This document shows positions 9,050-16,408 of a DNA stretch of 16,408 bases, in pieces. Origin of the DNA: Octopus sinensis (Eukaryota); contig NW_021825167.1 in assembly GCF_006345805.1 (NCBI RefSeq), positions 1-16,408 of the forward strand, read 5' to 3'. Positions within the stretch are counted from its first letter, which is position 1. The number at the start of each line of letters is the position of its first letter. The translations under genes and the position numbers were made by a program. The notes under the pieces were generated by a model. It made no database searches. It had not been told where the DNA came from and worked only from the letters and a program-made list of their open reading frames with translations.

Positions 9050-9420
9050 TTGGCTCATATTTTGCTGCCATTTCTAGTAGCTACAACAATCGCATAGATT
9101 TTCCTCTGCTTTTGTTGTTCATGTTACTGTGTAGCCCAAGGTCAGCGCTAATCGAGCAAACACGATCAGAAACATTCCAGCTGCGACTAACTTCCTTTTT
9201 GCTTGTGCACAAGGAAACCAGCACATCATCATCTAAAGTGTTTATTTCTAAGACAGACGCGGATAATTTGAAGACTTTCGAGCAGGTTTAAGTAAATGCT
9301 CCAACATTGATTTCTGTATTTGGTTATTGGGGAGTTTTAACAGCAGGGCATCTTTTTACCAGGCGTCCCATGATCGAACTGGATTCACCTGTCGCAATTC
9401 CGTCTCCTCTATATGGCTCA
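9050..9420 (-). pseudogene. Possible ancient non-LTR retrotransposon reverse-transcriptase relic
   Basis: One minus frame gives ...EINTLDDDVLVSLCTSKKEVSRSWNVSDRVCSISADLGLHSNMNNK..., resembling the LINE RT segment INxLxxADDxxL...DRVxxxSxxLGLxIN. Internal stops and small indels are needed, so the match is weak. Confidence 0.3.
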
Positions 9421-9457
9421 AGTTTCTTCTTTCTCTAAAACAGTATGGTTTCATTTG

Positions 9458-9511
9458 CGGTATATTTCGGGATTATTTGAGGATTATTTGAGGGTTATTT
9501 CGGGGTTATTT
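9458..9511. repeat. 11-bp minisatellite, about 5 diverged units
   Basis: CGGTATATTT, CGGGATTATTT, GAGGATTATTT, GAGGGTTATTT, CGGGGTTATTT. Confidence 0.85.
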
Positions 9512-9690
9512 ATAATAGTCAGCATTTTTCCGTAGGGTTTACTGGGTCGTGTTTGTTACCGTTTAGTATGAATCTATCCGTGTATAGTCCCATCAAGAAT
9601 TCTAGTGATGTATCAAAAGTAACACAGTGCCAAGTCGCATCTCACTATGTTCTCACCTTTTATGACTTACACACAAACAAGCGTATACAT

Positions 9691-9881
9691 CAGTGGTTCC
9701 CAACCTGGGATCCGTGGATCCCAGGTGGTCCGCAAAGGTAGTAGTACTGGGGGTCAGTAAACTAAATTCAAAATTTCATGTATATACATATACACATAAA
9801 GATTTGCATATTAAAACTCATTTAAATAGAAGGGTTGGGAATCACTGTTCGGAACCACTGTGAAAAGGATGGGAACCACTG
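9691..9881. mobile_element. hAT (Charlie-like) MITE
   Basis: Left TIR CAGTGGTTCCCAACCT; right TIR AAAAGGATGGGAACCACTG; 8-bp imperfect TSD GTATACAT (9683-9690) / GTTTATAT (9882-9889). Confidence 0.85.
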
Positions 9882-10386
9882 GTTTATATTCTGTGAGGAA
9901 GGCAGCACAAATACACGCGCACACACACACACTCAATTACATACATACATACATACGTACATACATACATGCATGCATGCACGCATGCATGCATATATGG
10001 TTGTCTAAAAGTAACTGAATCAGCAAAAACAGCAATATGTATTATAACCAACAAATTCTGTATTTTGGTTAATGTATATTTATAGATTGGTTTCCTCAGA
10101 TGCATACATACATGTGTGTATATACTTATTCAGTTTTATTTCAAGAACTCTTGCCAATAGAGACAGAGACAGTTCGTAACATAGATCCAACACTCCATCT
10201 TGAAATTTCAATATTAACAGGGGATTTTGTGTGTATGTACAGTTAACGTCATCAGTACTCGATACGCCTTCGAGAGAATGTGGAATAATTCTTTTGGGAA
10301 TCGATTCCCACAACCTTCGGCATTTTTTTTTTTATTCAAAAAGGTTTTTCAATCTAATATTTATGTTATCATTTATAGCTTTAAAT

Positions 10387-10576
10387 GACGGTGAGCTGGC
10401 AGAATCTTTATCTGGGGAAAATGCTTAAAACATTTCCTCCATCATTAGGTTCTGAATTCAAATTCCGCCGATATTGACTTCGCTTTTCATCTTTTGCGGG
10501 TCGATAAAATAATTACCAGTTACACGCTGGGGTCAATGCAATCCTCTAGACCTCCACCAAAAAAATTTCACGGCTT
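10387..10576 (+). mobile_element. tRNA-derived SINE family A, old degraded copy (remnant tail probably at 10801-10818)
   Basis: GTGAGCTGGCAGAATC...GAATTCAAATTCCGCC...GGTCGATAAAATAATTACCAG; aligns with 3894-4111. Confidence 0.85.
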
Positions 10577-10800
10577 GAACTGGCAGAAACGTTAGCACGC
10601 CGGGCGAAATGCGGAGCCGTGTTTCGTCTGCCGTTACGTTCTGGGTTCAAATTCCGCCGAGGTCGACTTTGCCTTTCATCCTTTCGGGGTCGATAAATTA
10701 AGTACCAGTTACGCACTGGAGTCGATGTAATCGACTTAATCGCTTGTTTGTCCTTGTTTGTCCCCTCTGTGTTTAGTCCCTTGTGGGTAGTAAAGAAATA
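10577..10800 (+). mobile_element. tRNA-derived SINE family A, younger subfamily with a distinct 3' tail
   Basis: Well-preserved head, B-box GGGTTCAAATTCC and core. Tail TTTGTCCTTGTTTGTCCCCTCTGTGTTTAGTCCCTTGTGGGTAGTAAAGAAATA matches the minus-strand copy at 15452-15650. Confidence 0.93.
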
Positions 10801-11389
10801 TATAATAGAAAGTATTTTTATAGCTTTATAAATACTTCGCCAAACAATGGTACAATGTAAACATTTATTTTAGCAAAATTTTGTAATCATCACCGTCTTG
10901 TGACGAGTGCTATACGATCACTGATGAGAGACAAGCAAGAGTTAAAACCGGTTAGGGAACATCAATTGTGTTTTTCTTTTCTGTCTACGGGGAAAAATTA
11001 AAGAGTTATTTGTTCATATTTGTCACACTATAGTCAATCGTAACACTTTGTTGCTATGTAAGTTTTGTCATACAATGGTTTGACTACGGAAAGAACGCTA
11101 TTCAGGGCTTCATTACTTCATTCGAATAAACCAGCAAATTAGCATGATTTATGTTAAGGAACAAACCAGTTCAAACTACTCAATACATTCCATAGAATTA
11201 TTTGCTATTCCTCTTCTGGCGTGTAAATCAACGAAAATAAGATTTCAGACTGATCGTCTGTATCCATTAGTTTGTAAACACAGAAATAAGCATTATTTGC
11301 TCACAACTGTCACGAAAATGTTTTAAGCGTAAACAAAATTTTCACATTTCATCATAATACACAGATAGACACGTATATGCGCTCACTCG

Positions 11390-11418
11390 CGTGTGTGTGT
11401 GTGTGTGTGTGTGTGTGT

Positions 11419-11451
<33 letters not shown>

Positions 11452-11490
11452 GTGTGTTGTGTGTGTCTCTTGTGTGCGTTGTGTGTGTCT
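11390..11490. repeat. (GT)n microsatellite with a (GC)n insert
   Basis: Seen directly. Confidence 0.95.
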
Positions 11491-11783
11491 GTACCTATTT
11501 GTGTATATCTATGATATTGTAATGAGCTAATTCTATACAATACTCAGGTGCACTTTAATATCAATATGCATATTTATGACTGTCAAGGCCTCAGCATGAT
11601 CACCACCGCTGGCTGAAAGTAAACTATGTGTGTCTATGTATGTGTATAAGAATATATAGGCAGCTGATGAAGGGGAATATTCCTTGTATTGTTTGTCTTG
11701 TACTCTGTTTTTCCGTTGTTAAAAAAAAGTCCGTTTCTTTGTTTGTTTTTATGTTTTCTTTTCTCGTTGTGTGTTGTCCTGTA

Positions 11784-11786
<3 letters not shown>

Positions 11787-11823
<37 letters not shown>

Positions 11824-11897
11824 TGTATATATACATATAGATGTAGGAATGTACATATATGTATGTATGTATGCATATGTTTTATTTGTTAAATTGT

Positions 11898-11952
<55 letters not shown>

Positions 11953-12045
11953 TAGAGAGACATGTTTGTGTATACATGTGTATATATATGTATATAAATG
12001 TGTATACATGTGTGTCTGCGTGTGTATATGTGTGTGTGTGTGTAT
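11787..12045. repeat. (TA)n-dominated compound microsatellite zone
   Basis: Two long perfect TA runs plus TATG/GT modules. Confidence 0.92.
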
Positions 12046-12225
12046 GAATGATGAAAAATCCCAAAAGTTCAAAAATCGATAAGGCCTCTTAAATTTCCTA
12101 TGTTAGTATTTTTCTTACGCAGGGTTACATACGTAGACACACACAGAAACACGCATCCACAAACACATTTACGCACACACATATATGAACAATATCTGTG
12201 AGTTTATTTGTGTATTTTGTATGTA

Positions 12226-12260
<35 letters not shown>

Positions 12261-12399
12261 ATTTGCGGGTGTTTAATGCACGTGCTGGTACTTTATCTCT
12301 GCCCAGGTGCTCAGGGGTTCCACAGCGTTTTATACCCATACAAAACTCAAATATGCTGCCTTTGATTCCAATACACGGATTCGCGTCAGAATACCGCAC

Positions 12400-12690
12400 A
12401 CACATGCATACAAATATACATTATCCACAAACGCACACGCATGCACACAGCTATATACATGCGGCCATACATATATATATATATATACAGACATCCACTC
12501 ACATTCATAATACTATTCATGCACACACATATATACAATATATGAATATAGACGGTCAATTTACGTATATATATACACCTGTACAGATGCCAAAACACAT
12601 ACATCCATACAGGTGCATATACTTATATATACACACACACACATATATATATATACGTATATATACGCAAATACATGTGTGTGTGTGTGT
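12400..12690. repeat. (CA)/(TA) cryptic low-complexity region
   Basis: Seen directly; source of the His/Thr/Ile/Tyr ORFs. Confidence 0.85.
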
Positions 12691-12834
12691 TATCTTTCAG
12701 TTGCGTTTACTCGTATCAATCGTGGGCCCGCGGATATGCTGGGACAAGTTGAAGAATTTATAATCGAAAGAATCGACTCTAATACTTGCTTCAGTCTGGT
12801 TCTGTGTGTGGGTATGCATATGTTCATATATATA

Positions 12835-12888
<54 letters not shown>

Positions 12889-13564
12889 TGCGTGTGTATG
12901 TATACACTGATGAATGGACAGTCAACTAAACGCGCACACATCGCCCCCTACCGATTTATGCTCCTCCTATTTATTTCACCAACACCGACACAGACATACA
13001 CACTTATAAATGCACGCCATTATTTATACATTTCCACGTGGTCACACACGAAACCACTGAGGCGGAAAACAGGAAAGAGCGTTTCCGGTTTTATGGCTTG
13101 TAATGAAATAATGAAAGACTTATTACAAGTTTTAACGATAAGATACGAGATTATCGTGTACAAACGACCATCATCGATACGATGGAGCCGGAGTCTGGCA
13201 ATATTCTTCTCCTCGAAGCTTGATGCAGTTAAAATTATAGTCTGCACACATCACTCCAGGTAGTAAAGCCCATTAAAAAATATATAGTTTTTGGAATCAA
13301 TTGCCATTATTAACACCGCACACACACGCACGTACACACACATGCACCTACACACACACGTAAGTACACACACACACGGGCGTGCACATCTACCCGTATA
13401 GAAGGAAGAACGTTTGTCGTAGTGTCAAAATCTTCTAAATTTATGCCCATGTGTTCAACAATTTCACTCTGCAAACGGAATGGTTTCCGATTTAATCTCA
13501 CTGAGCGGCACATTGGGCAAGTTCCTTCCACCAGAGCTCCGAGGCGACCAGTACTTTGTTGGTT

Positions 13565-13571
13565 ATGTGTG

Positions 13572-13624
<53 letters not shown>

Positions 13625-13747
13625 ATATTTATAATTTATATATTTAATATGTAATATATATATGTGTGTGTGTGTGGTGTGTGGTGTGTGTGGTTGGTGT
13701 GTGTGTGTCTGTGTGTGTGGTGTGTGTGTGAGTGTTTGTGTGTGTTA

Positions 13748-13788
<41 letters not shown>

Positions 13789-13820
13789 CTATAGTATATT
13801 TATAATTTATATATATATAA
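13565..13820. repeat. (TA)n/(GT)n compound microsatellite zone
   Basis: Seen directly. Confidence 0.93.
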
Positions 13821-13982
13821 ATACGCTGCTGGCAGCAATTTTGAGGAGAGAGAAAGTCGACTAACAACGATACTAGTGAATGACTGGTACATAGCTACTC
13901 AGGGAGAATAACAGCAAGTCAACATTGGCGGAATTTGATCAGAAAATGGAAGGAGTCAGAAGAAATGCAACTTAACATTCTG

Positions 13983-14310
13983 TCAACATCATAAGCGGAA
14001 AGTGTAACCTCTCGAAAGAGCTGTTCTTCACTCCTGCTCCAGAGCGTCGGCTGCGGGGTCATTCCGAAAAGCTCTACCTGCGACGATTTCATCTCAATCG
14101 AAGGAGAGGAGCTTTCTCTGTCCGGGTTGCGGATCCGTGGAACAAGCTGCCAGACGAGATGGTGAAGATGCCGACGACCGCTTTGTTCAAAGTCTCGCTT
14201 GACCTCAAGTGGCCTGAACTCTTTACATGAACACCACCCTGTACATAACTCCATGTCCCCCTACATGGCCTTGCTTTTTGCTTTTTGAGCCAAAAAATTA
14301 ACTAACTAAC
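13983..14310 (+). mobile_element. 5'-truncated CR1-clade LINE (ORF2 C-terminus, 3' UTR and (TAAC)n tail)
   Basis: 13985-14230 translates NIISGKCNLSKELFFTPAPERRLRGHSEKLYLRRFHLNRRRGAFSVRVADPWNKLPDEMVKMPTTALFKVSLDLKWPELFT*, matching the CR1 RGH..K...R..FS.RV...WN.LP...FK..LD terminus. 3' UTR hairpin CCATGT/ACATGG (14251-14268); imperfect TSD TAACAT-TCTG / TAACATGTCTG. Confidence 0.92.
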
Positions 14311-14387
14311 TAACATGTCTGATGTGCTAATGGTTCTGCCAATTACCTGCCTTAAGTCGTAACAATAATGAGGTTATTTCTATGCAG

Positions 14388-14419
<32 letters not shown>

Positions 14420-14460
14420 ATATATATATAGATGTGGGGGGGGGGTATGTATGTATGTAT
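14388..14460. repeat. (TA)n, poly-G and (TATG)n run
   Basis: Seen directly. Confidence 0.95.
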
Positions 14461-14473
14461 AGCTGTAACGTGC

Positions 14474-14522
14474 CCCGACAGATCAGGTGATTTCGACGTG
14501 TCCCGGTCTCTTCAGTGGCTGA
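14474..14522 (-). ncRNA. Type I hammerhead ribozyme with intact catalytic core
   Basis: Minus strand: UCAGCCA-CUGAAGA-GAC(CGGGACAC)GUC-GAAA-UCA(CC)UGA-UC^UGUCGGG. All conserved core positions, the G10.1:C11.1 pair, the A15.1:U16.1 pair and an AUC cleavage triplet are present. Helix I pairs at 5 of 7 positions. Confidence 0.75.
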
Positions 14523-15324
14523 CATCTGGTTGGTGCATACAACCAAATCTTACAGCCACGACCTGGAAGCTCTGGCTTCCGTAATAGACGATTCTCCACC
14601 AACGATAGAAATATGTGTGCTTTTATGCGCCGTGAGTTCATATGAGAGGCCCTTTCAAGGTAAATAAATCAGTATTCGGTGTTCTAGTGATACATCCACA
14701 TTAAATTGTGTTACTATTGCTATTAATATTGCTTCTGTCGCTAAAAAGTATACTATTTATTGCTCTTCATCAACAAGGGTGACCTGCGGCATTTCAAAGA
14801 AAGTAAAAATCAAGAAATTTGGCGCCAAGGAAGATATTAGCTTGGAAGATATTATATTTATCATTGTTGGAATGATAAATCTAAAAGATAGGGTTTCAAC
14901 TAATATGGGGAGAATCCTTTAGCTTGTTAATTACGTATGTAGAATTGAACATCAACCACAAGCGTGCATACACATATGCACATATGCATATACACACGCG
15001 CACACTAAATAGTTCTTATTTTTTGTTTTTGAAGAAAAAAAAGGGGCAAAGGTCAAACTAATTTATATTGATATTTAAGTTAGAATTTGCAATTTGATAA
15101 TTTTGGATTTTAATTATTAAAGGCTGACATGCAATATGTAAGTAATTGGTTCAGGCGAGAAAAGCGTATGTGCGACTATTATAGGAACAGATTTTAGGGA
15201 GTTTTGTCAAAAACTATTCGTCTCAAACAGTGTAAGTGGGTGGAAAAGTCAAAGGAAATATTAAGAATGAAGAAAGGGTCAACAAATAGTTTGCAAGTTT
15301 GGTACAAGGGACAAAGTTATTGCG

Positions 15325-15714
15325 AGAAGGAGTAAGGCAATTCCATCGACCTCAGTACACAACTGGTACTTATTTTAACCACCCCGAAAGGATGGAACAC
15401 AAAGTTGATATCAGTGGAATTTGAACTAAGAAGGTAGGGAGGCGAAATACCTATTTCTTTACTACCCACAAGGGGGTAAACACAGAGGGGACAAACAAGG
15501 ACAGACACACGGATTAAGTCGATTATATCGACACCAGTGCGTAACTGGTACTTAATTTATCAAGGCAAAGTCGATCTCAGCGGAATTTGAACTAAGAACG
15601 TAGCGGCAGACGAAATACGCATTTCGCCCGGCGTGCTAACGTTTCTGCCAGAGAGGCGAAATACCGTTATGCATTTTGCCCGACGTGGTGACCATTCTGT
15701 CAGCCCATCGCCTT
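15325..15714 (-). mobile_element. tRNA-derived SINE family A, old host copy split by a younger SINE
   Basis: Head at 15666-15714 (AAGGCGATGGGCTGACAGAATGG...) and body at 15325-15436 (B-box, core, TAAGTACCAG) on the minus strand. Confidence 0.88.
15452..15650 (-). mobile_element. Younger family A SINE nested in the host SINE, with 15-bp TSD
   Basis: Flanked by GGGAGGCGAAATACC (15437-15451) and GAGAGGCGAAATACC (15651-15665). Same tail as 10577-10800; has an internal deletion of about 16 nt in the core. Confidence 0.92.
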
Positions 15715-15822
15715 AAGTAATAAATAATTAGATCTTTAATTTTGTTATGATTAAATTTATAATTTTGACTTCCTACTCTAATTATTGTAAATTATTGTAG
15801 GTATATGTATATACATACATGT

Positions 15823-16087
15823 CGAGGTGTGTGGCACAGTCGTTAGCTCGTTATGCACGTGACCGAAAGAATATGGTTTCGATTCTTGAACCGGGTAATG
15901 TGTTGTGCTCTTTAAAACACTTCATTTCACATTGCGCTGCGAACACGTACCCGTTGCCACCCAGCGGGTGTAAATGAGGAATTCTGCGATAAAACGACGT
16001 CGCATCCACCTGAGGAATAAATACCCCACAGAATCTTGGAAAGCAGCATTATGAGCCAGTGGTTCGGGAAACACCTTACCTTTATTT
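15823..16087 (+). mobile_element. Old degraded tRNA-derived CORE-like SINE
   Basis: A-box TGGCACAGTCG and B-box GGTTTCGATTC. The head aligns with 5642 (GGTTTCGATTC..GA.CCGGG), followed by a CORE-like GTGTTGTGCTCTTTAAAACACTTCATTTCAC. The 3' boundary is from memory of octopus repeats. Confidence 0.7.
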
Positions 16088-16291
16088 TTTATACATACAT
16101 ATATACACACACCCATAGCATGTTTGGCTTCCGAGGGTACAATGGAACTGCCCCGACAAAGCTGCATTGACCATTGGTTTGAATGATTAATTTAATGCCA
16201 ATTAATACAACTCATCTTTCTTCTTCAGTTCCAGCTTTCGACATTTAATTAGGTTGTCTTTTTTTTTCTTTTTATTAGTTACTAAATTTGA

Positions 16292-16408
16292 GGGGACGTG
16301 AGCTGGCGGAATCGTTAACACACCGGACGAAATGCTTAGCGACATCCCGTCCGTCTTACGTTCTGAATTCAATTACTGCCGAAGTCAACTTCACCTTTCA
16401 TCCGGTCG
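16292..16408 (+). mobile_element. tRNA-derived SINE family A, degraded, running off the window end
   Basis: GTGAGCTGGCGGAATCGTTAAC...CGTTCTGAATTCAATT...CCTTTCATCC; aligns with the other copies. Confidence 0.88.

Noticed and set aside
10249-10255. Minus-strand CTGATGA
   Set aside because: No properly closed helix II, helix III or helix I.
12701-12770. Loose resemblance of AFTRINRG...EFI to the voltage-gated sodium channel II-III linker
   Set aside because: Only a few identities in about 22 residues and no flanking channel exons; likely coincidence.
12907-12936. CTGATGA...TAAACGCGCA hammerhead-like order
   Set aside because: It needs four substitutions and has no helix I; not distinguishable from chance.
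79-13864. Most ORF-track entries (VCVC, YIYI, HTHT, SLSL, ERER runs)
   Set aside because: They are translations of microsatellites and low-complexity tracts, which lack stop codons in some frames.
13919-14254. 111-aa minus-strand ORF
   Set aside because: It is the antisense shadow of the CR1 ORF2 fragment.
14600-14660. Possible second upstream hammerhead on the minus strand (would define a retrozyme monomer)
   Set aside because: Only GCC/GGC pairing and a distorted core (CCTTGAAAG); no GAAA or helix III.
16010-16050. CTGAGGA...GGAAAGCAGC
   Set aside because: Helix II does not close, and the segment is better explained as the 3' part of the old SINE.
1-16408. CRISPR arrays, rRNA genes, operons or other prokaryotic features
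   Set aside because: No regularly spaced repeat-spacer structure or rRNA motifs; the sequence is eukaryotic repeat-rich DNA.

Overview
AT-rich eukaryotic DNA saturated with microsatellites. The SINE families and repeat density best fit an octopus (coleoid cephalopod) genome, probably intronic or intergenic; this assignment is from recognition, not a database search. No complete protein-coding gene is supportable, and nearly all ORF-track entries are translations of (CA)n/(TA)n/(GA)n repeats. Clear content: six copies of one tRNA-derived SINE family (one nested in an older copy with a 15-bp TSD, a second probably nested), four further SINE pieces from related families, a 5'-truncated CR1 LINE with tail and imperfect TSD, an hAT-type MITE with a triplicated right end, and a probable non-autonomous Helitron-like element. 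The most interesting signal is a type I hammerhead ribozyme with a fully intact catalytic core on the minus strand (14474-14522). Several decayed hammerhead-like motifs (1620-1672, 1992-2021, 5048-5165, 10921-10953) share a palindromic helix III, the signature of minimal, dimer-acting hammerheads of Penelope-like elements and retrozymes. A few isolated exon-like and enhancer-like segments are reported at low confidence.
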